Assembly: GCA_002633005.1 (NCBI GenBank)
Contig: NMRA01000124.1
Coordinates: 513,814-577,813, forward strand
From: Phoronis australis
Lineage: Eukaryota; Animalia; Phoronida
Direction: 5' to 3'
Length of the DNA: 64,000 nucleotides
The first letter of the stretch is position 1. Every line of letters begins with the position of its first letter. A model generated the notes under the pieces. It ran no database searches. It saw only the letters and a list, made by a program, of their open reading frames with translations, and was not told the origin of the DNA. Made by a program: the position numbers and the translations under genes. This document shows, piece by piece, positions 24,664 to 38,007 of this stretch.

Positions 24664-25058
24664 AGAGTAAGGCGATCGTTTTCGATGTCCCTAAATATAA
24701 ATTCGCTGGTTATCTGGGAGAGATATTTTCCATCATTAAGTGATCAGCTTCCTTAGCCATCTACAAAGTGGTATATGACAACAGGGGGTGACTTACGGCT
24801 CAACAAAAGGCCTCTTTTGTCGTTATTAACCTCCACTAAGCAAACACAATGACCGGCTTACTATTGGACATCGTCTGTGTCGGTTTCAGAATTTGCTTCA
24901 TAAAGCGCCTACCGGAAGGTCATTTACGTCACTTTCTATGGCTGCATGTCGAGCCTTTGATGGTCAGGGAAACGGCAATAAATGCTTAATGAAATATCTC
25001 TCCAAGATAACCAAGGATTTATAATTCAAACTCATATCCAAAACGTTCCCGTTTCTCT
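24664..25058. mobile_element. TTAA-flanked MITE (Kolobok-like)
   Basis: TTAA|AGAG ... CTCT|TTAA, with internal inverted segments ggttatctgggagagatattt / aaatatctctccaagataacc. Confidence 0.55.
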
Positions 25059-25371
25059 TTAATTGGCACTGTTGTAAACATCGTTGCGAGTAGTAGCAAT
25101 TGCATTAAAAGATGGAATTTCAATAGCAGTAGTTTATTCGAGTCCATTATGAACCATTAGAAGGATTTTGTACATAATGGCTGATACACCTGTGTTAATG
25201 TGACAACGTGAACACAGGAAGGAAAGAGTTCCCACACGTTCTGTCTGCCACTTGGCAGGTTTTTAAAACAAGATTTTTTCGAATAAATTTGCCATCAGAT
25301 CTATCTTTAGTGTTGTTACGAAACCGTCCTCTCAAATTATCAAAAATCTCTCATTTAATAACGCTGCTTAA

Positions 25372-26620
25372 AGAGTCCCCCCCCATACATTTTCTTAGTT
25401 TTTGAGGTTTCAGTTAGCTAATATGAAACGAATACCAGAAAATGTAACTAAATAAGTACTTTTTATGCCAAGTAGTCGCGAAGTTTTTAATTTGAAGAAA
25501 AATTAGTTATTTCCAAATTTCCCGCCAAATGATGCAATGGGTGGAAGACGTTTGGTGACTTAACAATCAATTGCAATGGCGGAACACAGCAGATAAGAAG
25601 ACGAGGGCGATTTTGAGCGATAACTGCACCATTATTATGGAGACAGGGAGGAGAGTGAATCACACTCAAGTACTTGAAGAATCAGACAATTTGATTTCCC
25701 ACTTAACGATATGTCGTCGGCTTTGAGATCGTATGAACTCGACCCACTTGCACGAGAAATGTTGCACATATAACCGTATGTGAGCCACAACAAACTGAAC
25801 TAATATTTACAAAATAGACGCTTAATAATCACTGACAAAGGCCACAGTAAACCTGGGTCTTAACTATTGCCATGATGGAATGAGCATGGTCTAAACCCAA
25901 TGCATACATGTAAGTCTATGTGTCGTAGTACTCGATCTGGCCGGGGTCGATGGCCGGGCACTCGCCCTTGAGTGGAAGCAGTTTGCTCTCTATTTATGAA
26001 AGTTTCAAATACACTTACAAGGTGGCAAGCCCTTTATTGTAACGCCGCGTTTGTGTTTGGTCGAAACAAAATTCCCTGAAATGTGCCGAACAAAGTATGG
26101 CTCGTGACTGAATCGCAGGTTCCTCATTGACATTCCACACTCTCATGCGGCTCACAAACCGATGCAATTTCTGTGCAACTTTCACGTATTTAGCAAATTT
26201 GAACACAGAGACGTTCTCAGTCAGGTTGCTGTTACTACAGCCTCCACAAATGCAACCTTTTATGACTGAAAAAAGCGGCTCTCCGCGGACTTTCCTCACA
26301 ACTCCCCAGTTTTAGTTTGCGGGTGCGTGTCGGGGTCTCAGACCCGATTTGAAGTGTCCGATTCAGTCAACCGGCGCAATCGTAACGGTAACTAGGGCTA
26401 ATTACTGCCGCACCCGGTCGATATGCTCGTGATATACTAGGCGACAGGCAGGGGCGCTGCACACATTTCTCTCGTCTGCTCCACTGTGCATTGAAGAAAA
26501 TTACATCATTTTTTCAAAGTAAACGGAAGCTGAGTGACAATGAAGGAACAGAAGCTGCTGGTAATATGTAAATTTTAATCAAAGCCCGAGTGAATTACTC
26601 AGAAACTCAGAATTCCCTCT
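25372..26620 (-). mobile_element. Probable Kolobok-like element hosting the THAP remnant
   Basis: Left end TTAA|AGAG. Right end CTCT|ttgt (degenerate). THAP inside. Boundaries are uncertain. Confidence 0.4.
26019..26270 (-). pseudogene. THAP domain remnant
   Basis: GCICGGCSNS...VSVFKF...ILCSAHFREFCF (C2CH THAP pattern). The conserved P and W are substituted, there is no ATG, and it ends at a gtaagt donor. Confidence 0.75.
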
Positions 26621-27095
26621 TTGTCAAACATTACAATTACCCGACGATTTGAAAACCATGCACGTGGTTAACGCCAACACGAAAAATGGATTTGGTCTTT
26701 TGGACAACTGAAGACAGTTTTATACACAAAAGCTTTTCTACGAACTGGTTGCACAAAATATAAAGCGTAAAATAGACATTACGGAAAGAAGCAGGTTCGC
26801 ATGAGAACGCTGTGAACCATTAACTTCATGTGGAGAATTTCTCGCTTACACTGGTGACCGCTCAGATTCCCTAAGCCCCAGACAACATTTACGATGCCTA
26901 TTCAGCACGCCCTTTGTGTATTGAAGTACATCTGAGCTAATGAAGTGGAAAGGTAGCATTACTGTCTCAATAATGGTTGTTGTTAGTACCCCCAGTTTGG
27001 TTTTCTCTGACATTTGCAGAGTTGTAGCCTGCAACTCTGGAGAGCAGTTTTAACTTGGTACATTATAAATATTACAAAATGACTAAAAAGGTTAA

Positions 27096-28676
27096 AGGAG
27101 AATGCCACCCGATTTAGTTAGTCTTTTGCCTTCTTAATCGGTCTATATCCACATCGCCTCGAATCGGTCGACCTTATCTTGCCAAGAGGTGTCGCGTTAA
27201 TCTGTGAGAAACGAAGCTAGTGACGTCAGTGGTTCATCTGCAGAGTGAACGCCGCTATGTTGCGGTGCATCGTTCTTGCTTGTCCGAACTATGCATCTTA
27301 GAGGAAAGCGGGTATATCGTTTACTCGAGAGTCCGAAATGCTTAGAAAGTGTCTGTGGCCAGCAGTCGTCGACAGTGCCTGACGAATGCTGGCTTACCAA
27401 ATAACTATCGGTTGTCTGAGCTTGTTCACGGCGCCTATTCATCACTGTATTCCTGTTCGAATTGATAGCCTGCGAAACTTAACGATTCACCTGCGAAGTC
27501 TTCGTCGGGTTCGACTGATGAGCTCTCGTCTGAGTCACACGGGATTGCCGTTACCATGTCGATGTTTGTTACTGAGCGTTCTGTTTCAAAATGAATTATT
27601 CTCACCCTAACCAATGCTTATATAAAACTTAAACAAAGTCTGCCTCATTAGATGCAATTTGTAATGCCTTTGGAGTATTCTTGAGTGCAAATGATTTGAG
27701 AAGCCAGCAGTGAATAAATCACTGCGTTACCGGCTTTAGGTGCAATAAAACTGATTGATGGGACACCGAGACCGTGTGAGCTCATGCTAAATTAAGTGTT
27801 TGCTGGCAAAAACTGTTGTGAAACAACTCAGTCGATTTCCATCCCACGACCTGGTGTTATGGGAGTCTTTATTTACATTTACACTATTAAAATAATGATC
27901 GTCAATGTAGAATTTCTGCCCTGACGGTGCTATGGCCAAAGCGGAACCTGAATTCGCGGCCCCCGAGGAGTAAACAGATTTGCAGTTTCGTGGGTAATTC
28001 ACCAACATAATCACGTGCACATTACCTTGGCTCACTAGTATAGTATTTTCTCGACTGGAAGTTCAGTTTCCAACTTTCGCTGGTTTATGTTCGTGATGTC
28101 TGTTCCGAGCGACTGGCAGGCGGGATAACGAGTCAATCCGGCCGGCCGGTCGCTGCGACGGGCCTGATCGGGCTCGGAGCCACTGGCCAGGATAACATGC
28201 GTTTTGTGTGTTTAGAACTCAAAAAATCACAAGTCTAAACAACACAGATCTAGGTTCTCCTGTCTGTATCTCACGAAAAATACTTCGAATTTGTCTCCGA
28301 ACAAACCGCAAACTCCTGCTACGGACCATATTGGCCTGCTGAACTTTGTAGGCCGGTGTGTCCAAATACCGATAAATCGGTAACAGCGAAATAAAACAAG
28401 TTTTTATAAGAACTCGGTGCATTTTTAAGGGTTTTACATCGAAGTTTGATGATTTATTGGTGTTAAACGATGAATTCAAGCGATAAGCTGACACCAGTTA
28501 CCCGTGTTGTGAACTGCTGAACAGACTGCGTGTGAAACCAATTACGTCATAGGATAATTTCAACACCTCCGTCTGCCGTCAGGTGTCAGGTAACGCAACC
28601 GTACTAGGCGTTATGGAGTAGAACTACTCGATCTAAATTGATACAAATTAGGTTGTTTTTTGGGTGGCATGCTCCT
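27096..28676. mobile_element. TTAA-flanked Kolobok-like non-autonomous transposon
   Basis: TTAA|AGGAGAATGCCACCC ... GGGTGGCATGCTCCT|TTAA (15-bp TIR with 1 mismatch, RR terminus). Confidence 0.75.
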
Positions 28677-30059
28677 TTAACTTGTGTTTATCTTCACACA
28701 GGCCACTTCCCAAAGGAACGATAAGTTTCATATTGGTTTTCTTTATTAATTTTTAATGCTTCTGCCCACTTGTTTTCTTTCTTACCGGAAACGGGTTGAT
28801 AATTTTTTACCTAAGTTTTGAACTTGAAGTACCAAAACAGTGGTAGATTTTGATCGCCAGCTAAACTTAATTAGTTAAGTTCATTGTGAACCCATCCCTA
28901 AACTTACCACATTACAGGTACACTAAACATTTCACGTGTCATTTAATTTTAATCTTTATTAGAACTCAAACCATAAAATATATACAAAAGTGCAAATATG
29001 ATAACCAAACTGAAGATTTGGAATCTCTGGACAATTTCGGTGGCATTGATTATATAACTATTCTAGCTCTTTGTCAGTAATAAAAAATGAAAAGTGGGCC
29101 CAACAACTGTTTCCTGGTCAAAAATCTGGTTAAACGAGATTGAAAGTATATTAAAAAATGAATCCATGTGATATTGTTAACTCTGATCAGCGTTTGTATA
29201 TCCACCGAGTATATCAATACACGCGGTAGTTTATCTTCAATCGTACCCAATGATTGTAGTTTTTAGATTAATAGTTCATCGATTTTTAAAACTCGAAAAC
29301 CATACTTGGTTGTATTTTCAGCTGAATACCGCCGTGGTGTTCGTTTATAACGAAAAGTAGTGGTTAATGCATTTTGAAAATTCGGTCAACGCGCCTCTAC
29401 AATAGCGCTTTGAGCGATTGCCTACGAGGCAAAATGTTGCTCCCTAATGATATCCTAGATCCGCTAATCCAAGTGTCTAAGCCACACCTGGTCGTCGAGG
29501 CATCAAGTAAAAACCCAAGTGAAATCTCAAGTTGTTAAGAGTTGATTGCATCTTACTTTTTATGAACTCAGTGGTCTCACAGCTTTCTGGTTGCACCTGG
29601 TGTCTTAGCTCATTTACACATTCCCTTCTTGCCTCCTGCCTAAATCACAGATTACGTAATAGGCTACTCAAGTATAAAATAACCTCATAGCAATGAAATG
29701 ATGGCAAATAATATCCACCAAGAACAGGTCACTTGGCGTATCGACTAACAAACCCGAATGTAACGCAAGTTTGCGGAGTTTTGCTATTCGGCATTGTTTT
29801 GCTCTGTTCAAAATTAAGGGTTGCGTTCCAGGCGTAATAAGGTCTAGCGAATACTCGCGAAACACTCGCCTTTCACTAGCGTGTTGATCTAGTTTTCCTC
29901 GCAAGAAACTTGGTCCACGGAACACTGCTCAGGTCGACAGATGGTCACGTGACGTCGTATTTACAAAATTCAGAGCGCTTCAGTCATCAAGCTTTTCAAG
30001 AAAATGTCTGTTAAGATTTCTATCAAAATAAGCTCTCTATTGATATGCACTTGTAACAA

Positions 30060-30290
30060 CATAATAGTCACATTAGTTGTAAACCGAGTATCTTGATAAT
30101 CACTTAGAGACGATTCAGGTTAGACGCAGACGTTTCGGCCTGGTCCGCCAGGCCTTTTTCGATGAGTGAGGGGTTCCCGCCTTTCGCTGATTAAGTATGT
30201 TAGAATAGACGGGAGGTAAGTGTAGACCTCGGTCCCGGTTCATATTATGTGATGGAACCGTGATTAGTTTCGATTCTTAAATAAGTCGAG
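30060..30290 (-). mobile_element. Penelope-like element 3' end (GIY-YIG C-terminus plus degenerate hammerhead)
   Basis: Minus frame reads ESKLI...NMNRDRGLHLPPVYSNIL, followed by GGCCTGG-cgga-CCAGGCC-GAAACGTC. Confidence 0.7.
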
Positions 30291-31321
30291 TACACACAAC
30301 ACTGAGGACCGAATAAAATTCACTTGAACGGAAATATTCACAGCCCCTAGTTCGACTTTTTCCACTTCGAAGTTACAACATACTAAATTTTTAAATTGCA
30401 CCAGTCCCATTGAAATAGCTAAACGGTAGGTTCAATCTTCAAAAAAAAGTCATTATGATGTTTAGAAGCCCGATAACAATTAACTTAATGATTGCAAATG
30501 TCAGTGGAATTTTGCCAAGGCACAATTATGACGATGTACATGTAACGCCTTATTTACCCAAACACAAATTACGCGAATGGCTTTCGAATCACGAATATGT
30601 TGTCATTTTCATGATTAATTACGGAGTGTGTAACGTTAGCAACCCGTCACTAAATTTGTAGCACATTAGAATCACATTAATCACGTTTGACACTTAATGA
30701 AAGACTCATTAGTGTAGGCGCAGAACCTCTTATTTTTGTAAGGCGCGCGTAAAAGACACGAATCAACGTAGATGGTTGTGTTCTTAGTCACAGTTGAAGC
30801 TCATGAAAGAAATGTTATTTGCTATCTGAGGTGCAACTTCTGTCAATAGTTGCGAACACCGTGGGCCATGAATACGTTTGAAACGTCCACGGAGTGGAAA
30901 CGTCAAAGGGCAGTCGTCTTGGGAGAGATTTCTTTCTTCATTCTCAAATATATAGAATGAGTATGCAGAAGAAAATCATGATTCAACATACCTTAGATTC
31001 ACTTTCGATAAACTAGATAAAAAAGGACCATTGTTATTCAAGCAGTTTGTTTCAACCATCAAGATGGCTTGAGAAATCATTTGGGATTGACATTAAGCGG
31101 CATATTAGTTTCATTTATGAATTGTCTACAACCCAGACATAATGCTTCGCGATTTCTGGATTTGTCATTATTTCTTTGTATGTTCTGTGTATTCTTCAAT
31201 AAATATATATATATATATATATCACTTTAAAAAAACTTTAAAAAAACATTAAGTGGCATAATTCTGGGAGGGTTGCTAAATCCTGTCAAAACTTGAGGCA
31301 TCTTTACGCTCTTCTTCACGC

Positions 31322-31337
31322 TCAGTGACGTCACTGA
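31322..31337. promoter_or_regulatory. Perfect 16-bp palindrome with full CRE core
   Basis: TCAGTGACGTCACTGA contains TGACGTCA. Function not shown. Confidence 0.3.
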
Positions 31338-34300
31338 TGGTCCATTGGGGAAAGAATTAATCTTTACCACGGAAGTAAAAGGCCTGAGACATAGTTTTCG
31401 CGGCTGAATAGCTTGGTTTATGAAACAAATTGCATCATGACATCTTATCCAATGAGTAAAACGAATGTTTCTTTTACGTCCCACGCAGCGCTTATTTGCT
31501 CGATGGCTCGAACTTCGATGAGCCAAGTTAAAGGCGACTAATCTTCTCCTTGAAGAAATCGCGTAAACGTCATTCGGTCCACGAGGTTATGTTGTATTAA
31601 AATGAACATTAACGGGCCGCATTAAAGAACGAAAACGAATTGTTTTACCCTAAAACTGCTGGTAAAGTTATTCTGGGAATACACGGTCGGAAGGTCAGAG
31701 ACTCCTATGTCTGACATTCTGTCTTGAATACACTGGACTCGATGAACGCACGGCATTTCACGCTGATTGAGCTACGTACAAGTAGAAGGCACCCCACGAC
31801 GATCTAACATATATGTACCCTAGCACTGTCCATAACAATGAATCGCAATCCAGGATATGCAACGAGAAACGCTTATCAATTCGTGTCTGATTATTCTTTA
31901 ATTCTGTTCGTTAACAGGCCAACTAACATTGTATACCAAGCAACTTATTTCTTACACAAAATTAATTCAATTTTTTGAAACAACATCAATAATCCAGTTC
32001 AAAATCAGATATCGCCGCCGTGGAATTGGATAAATTTTTTTTTGTATGTCTTTCAGTTTTACTAGTCTTTCCATAAATGTCTTAACTTACTGTGTTTTTA
32101 TTGACCCGTACTGCACTAAGCGTCTCAGAATGACAAACGGGCCTAGTTCGCAAAATGTCCGTTTCCAGTTACGCGCTTAATGCAATACGGCCTTTTTAAA
32201 GCGTATGTTGGCCGTTCACTGTGTTGGTTACAACGAGCCGCTTGGAAAAGACTCAGGGGCACGTATATGTTCAGTGATCGTTATCAAGTCATAAACGTGA
32301 CCAGAGCACGTCAAATTCAAAAACCGCCTGCATACGCAAAACGGACACGTACAGTTTGCCCTTCAACCAATGTTGTTGAGATATGGTCCTTGGGTACCGG
32401 CACACATGTATATTGTCACATGGTAAATGTGCTAGCAAGCAATAAATGTCACCCGAGCTATAATTTACGATGAAATTACGATGAAAGAGAACGCTAAAAG
32501 TACGAAGTTGCGATGGTGACACACAGTGGTCTTGGCAAAGACAAACGTTACCGAGTGAACAAGAAAAGCTGTAATCTGGAAAAGAGAAGTTGTCAGGAGG
32601 TTGCCAAGAACCCGGATGCAAGTGGGCCGGTATCGGGTGGAAGTAAAACTATTGGCCCAAACACTAAAATCAAGTGAACAATAAAGTTTCGTGTTGAACT
32701 TGACTGAATTTAGACCTAGAAAACGGATAAACAGCATTTCCCTGTTGCTGCGTTGCTCCACGCAATGTAGCAATATAGAGAGTCCATGTTGGGAGTCAGT
32801 CTCCCATCTGAATAGCTATCTGATAAGAAGCCAGATCAGATCAACGTCTGATTCGCGGTCAGGCATCTGATCTAACTTTCTCTGACAACAAATCAGTCGA
32901 CAGATCGGCCCTCTGACCGTGAAAAGCCCTAAGTTGTAATTCAGCTCTGTTCAAGCACGTTGACTGCGCGACATTTGCCAAAATATTGGCACTACGCCAG
33001 TTACTAGTAAACAGTTGATTTTGGTTGCTTATAAATATCCGCATGTGAACGCCGTATAAGACCGTAAAAATCGTCTGTGTGGATCATCATGTTATCGTGT
33101 TCCAGCACAAGGTCAACTTGATCGAGCATAACGTCTACGTGGTACATGTAAGTAGAAGTTGTCGATAAAGTCCATGTCGTGCACTACATCGCTGCTGTGA
33201 ATCGTGTGCCTCACCGGTGGCAGTAGTCGACTGCTACCTTAAACAAGAGCGACGTGGTAGTCAACCAGGTCGACGATGTCAACGAACCCGCCGCATTGCG
33301 TGGTGCTTCAACACGTCGACGTGGAGTTCTTTGTTACTTGCCATTAGGAAGGCCATTTTTACACAGAGCCAGATGGGTCAGCAACGGCACAAATCTCCGG
33401 CGAAAGGCTCCCTGCACTTATCAGCCTCAACATAATAGTTTACCATTTACACAGGTTATACACAGGGTTATTATGACTTGCGTAAGTACAGAACTTCGCT
33501 CTGCACCAGTTGGTTTGAATCCTGCCGCAAGCAATTAACACGTGGCTCTACCAACAGTGGAAGCTTTGATTCTGCTGGATAAGAGATGTTTGTAGAGAGG
33601 AGTTCTCCAGGCATTACGTGATATTGTGAGAGCCAATGTGTGGATGAAGCTGTACGAACAATAATACTAATTGATATCAGGCGTATCGTGGATTTCCAGT
33701 TGATGAAAATCGGGTTACTGTGACAAAAATACGGTATATAACTAGCTATGAAACGATGGATTCCCGACCTCGACCCACATTGGATTGTGATTCTTCGGTG
33801 AATTGTGCAACAGGCCTAGGCTAGTATAAATGGCAATCGTAGAACAGAACAGAAAGTATCAAAACAGTAATCAAGACACTCAATGTATAGCTTCAATGCT
33901 CGACGATAGAAAGTTTTCGAAATTGAATTAAATGCTATTTTAGTATTCTTGTTTTGCGCTGTGTCTCGATCGTCGCCTGTATTATTCCACCGTTTAAATT
34001 CATAATTACAACATTTCACCAATGTAAATACCTAATCCTGAGATCTGCCAAATCCTCAGAATGAAAAGTTTCAGTCCGGATGAAATATTATTCTCGTTGC
34101 ATTCGCACTACTCCATTTCTCACCGTGATAGGTTAAATAATGGATACAAAGATTTCCTGCGATAACAATGGAGACATAAAACATCTCGAATAAATTAATT
34201 ACCTCACAATATCATACCTAAATCTGCAGTACGTCGGTCAATAGACGAAGCCCTTGTACAATAACTCCACACACCCGTTACGGCCACAAGAGGTTGTATT

Positions 34301-37300
34301 TATGCTGTGTAACAAACCTCTCGCTCCTATTGCTGGAATTACTAGCCGGGGCACGGAAGAAATCTGTAGAAACATCTGATTGGCTACTTCGTGATTGCCT
34401 CTCTCCTGCACTGAGGAAATGAACCAACGAATGCCGGACGAGTGCAGCTTGATGAGACTGTATTAGACTGTTTATCACGCCATAGGGACCATCGTGAATG
34501 CTATACTTATCGTAATTACCCGTCATAAGACGTATGTTTTAATGAGCTGTGCAAACGAAGAATAGGGGGTTGCATAAAATAACGCGCACGCGACTGTTCC
34601 CGCAACGAGACACGCGTTGAAAGGAAATTAATTACATTCAGATTCAGACCAAACGTGAGGTTTAAACACGCCACCACATTTCTCAGTGACTCGCTACATT
34701 TCGATAAAATACTACGTTACCGACCTTATATTGATACCTGAGTTTCATATTCCTAAAGCGATTTTTTCAGGTTCTTAGAATAGTATCCGAAAATCTTTTA
34801 TGCACCAGTCCCAAGCTTCATGCCGTCTTTATTTCCAACCACAACATGAAGCAATTTCAGACTCTCGACAGGGCACGAAATTTTGTGCATAGTTTTACTG
34901 TTAGTTTACGCGGAATAACACAAGTTTCAGCACGCCTGAGGATCTAATCTCTACTAGGTATCGGTACACGATGAACCGTGTTGCTCTATGGATTCCTGCA
35001 AACATCTCTGGGCACGCACTTTAACGAGGATTATTGAAAGAGCGTGTTTATGAAGATGTGTGCAATTGTTTTTGATAATAGACAAATCATCGAAAAAAGT
35101 GTCATCTTCTCTCTAATTGCCATGAATAAGTTAATATCACGTGATCGAAACATCCGTTCTGTGATCAACATAATATCAAAGCCACTTCTTTACGCTAGAC
35201 CAATCGCATTCGCTGCTCTTTCAAAAATATTTGAAACAATAATGAGTGCGATAGCAAGTGGCAGTAATTAATAATAGATTCATAAGTAACTACACAATGT
35301 AGTATAACTTGAAATTTAAATGCTTGGTTTGATTCTCAATTGTGCAATAAGCAATTACAGTTAGTATGCAGTGGTAATATACGTACGTCTTAGCAAAAAT
35401 TATTCGCGATAGCTTTTAATAATGCTGGAAAGCATAGCAGTTTTTCGTTTATTTACATACAGTGTACTGTAGGCTTTAATAATAAAGACACCGAAAATGT
35501 GTTTCCAATCAACGCACCTAATTATTACGACACTCAAAGTTTGAAAGAATGTTTGTAATTACATAAAGATGAGCTCAAACTTCAGAGTGTCGATATTCAG
35601 TGGCTCGACGCAAAATTTTCTTTTTGGAGACACTCTTGGTGATCTCCAAACACTTGAATGTTTTTCCGGTGTCATCTGCGTGTACTAATCATGATTGTCA
35701 ACAACCGGCAATCATTCACCTTACTCACTTCATGTACCAGCCGGCTGAAAAAGTCAGCAATCAACCCAGGCAACCTCGGGCACTCCAACCACTGAGCTGT
35801 CTATACCATATAGATATCTATGACGTATGCCATTCTGGGAATAGGTGATATATTTCATTTGAATCTAACATGGCTACTGATTCCACCCCTGGGTTCGGTT
35901 CCTGAGTCAGCTCAGGGGTGAAATTTCAGACCGGCAATAAAGCTAGTATGTAATTAAACGAAAAAATACAGTTTTCCAAAATCACTCAAATAGCTTCACG
36001 GTGTAAAGAAATCACCCATCGGGTGATATCTACTGCGAAATTATTCATTCGATAAAGGACACGTTTGAAAATAACGAATATTAATTTAAAGATACCATTT
36101 CCGAACTCTTTGCAACACAGAGGCAGTGCACTCGAAAGATGCTCTTAAATAGGATCACTTCGTAAATTACAGGGTATAAGTATTCACATTGCAGTCCTCA
36201 AATTTGTGAGAAAGAAAAACATTGATTTACACCACGGGAATTTTTAACTTAAATATCCGATAAGGAATTCTGCTGTTGTCGGTTCTAGAATCAAGAGCAG
36301 ACGATCTTCAATTTAACATTGTTTAGGGGCATTAGATCGTGAAAACTATCCACGGAATTGGTTCCTCAACAGTGAAATACAATGGTATCAATCCTAAATT
36401 TTGGTCATTTAGACCAGAAGTCCAATCTGAAGCCCATTCTGAAGCAGACAAACGTTTCAGTGGTCTTAGCTTTGACCACCCGATCTTAATTTTGGTCTTC
36501 AAAACTTTCATGAAACGGGGCCACGGCAATTTGGTCTTTTAGTAACCCCGATTTCGGTCAAAATTAACTGAGACAGAAAAGGTTTCATGAAACACGGCCC
36601 TGGTTGGACTCCGCGCTATGAAAACAACTTTTTCTCCCTGATAATGTCCTTTCTATTAAAAAGAAATGGGCAGTATTTTTTTAATTTCATTGTACAGCGT
36701 TTAGCTAACTACAACGGCAAACGTGTACCAGTCAAATTCCGGAGTGATACGGCTCTTCCAGCAGAGCGTTGCGTTACACTGCGACCGAAAAGGTTGCAGG
36801 TGCGAATCCACGCTCAGATAGATCTCAGAAAATCAGCTTTGTCGCCCTATAATGTCCCTTTTATACGTTCATTATATTTATACGTTCATCGTTAAGTACT
36901 TGAAATTGGCTAAATCATAAATACTTTTTAAATATGTAGAAACATTAATCAACGCCCAGAACTTTCACATGTATAGTAGAGAGTAATAAACTGGCTAGCC
37001 AAAGATGCCTCTCTCGGTGTAGATTAGGGTCAGCTCCGATCTACTCTGGCTCGTGATTGGTCATAGAAATGACGTCGAGTGATTATCAGTGAAGATTGGC
37101 CCCTTAACAAGGTTACGGATTGGTCCCCTCATCACGATATTTGTCTTTTACTTTTACACATTTTCAACCTCATTGTCCGCGAATACTACGCTCAGGTCAG
37201 TTTGTAATGCATCCTCAGCATTAACGCGACATAGTCAAATTTTCAACGAACCAAGTCAGTAAAGTAGCACTCAATAGTTTTTTAGCCTCGGTTGAATTTA

Positions 37301-37896
37301 GCACCCTTCTCTCTATTTCATTAAAAGTTGGCGTCTGCTGGATTGGCAGGACATTTTAAGTTCTGCGCTGCCGGCGTGAAGATTTGGAATGGCATTTGCT
37401 TGATTTTTGAATCTGTTCTGGGTGAAAGATTGTCAGTTTTGACCCCTTGACCCACCTTTGGCTCAGCGGTGGCTTTGTTTAAACCCTTAGTGATTGCAAG
37501 CGAGAGCTTGAAATTTAGCAAGAAATTCAGGTATCAGCTGGCGGGTTGACGCCCACTATTCACCTGGTTTACGTAATGCGGAAGGTTTTGGCAGTCTGAA
37601 CGCAATGTCTCCCAATACGTAGTAAACGCATGCAAATGGTGGAGTGGAGACGGCTGATTTGGCGCATTTTTGCTAGTTTTTTCAAGTTGCCGGCTGCACT
37701 TCCGGTAGTCGCAAAGGTGGAAAAATTGACTTTGGAATAAGTTTTTGTTTAAGTCTTTGGCCCATTATACTGCGTTTTTAGGAATTGTACAACCTGTGGA
37801 ACAAATTGTTAGAGCTGACTCGACCTGGACTTTCCAAGAACAAAAATTAGCAAAAAAAATGTTGTCACCTAACTTTGCCATGTTTTCGGCTTGCAC

Positions 37897-38007
37897 GAAG
37901 CCGACTGCGCGCTGTAGCCTGAAACGAGGCTAACCCTCGGTGATAATAAAATGGAGAAGCCGACTGCGTGCTGTAGGCTGAAACGAGGCTAAACCTCGGT
38001 GATGATA
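37897..38007. repeat. 59-bp-period tandem duplication
   Basis: gaagccgactgcg(c/t)gctgtag(c/g)ctgaaacgaggctaa(c/a)cctcggtgat occurs twice. Confidence 0.85.

Noticed and set aside
36750-36830. tRNA gene
   Set aside because: Only a decayed B-box-like GGTGCGAATCC and no acceptor stem or cloverleaf. At best a SINE relic.
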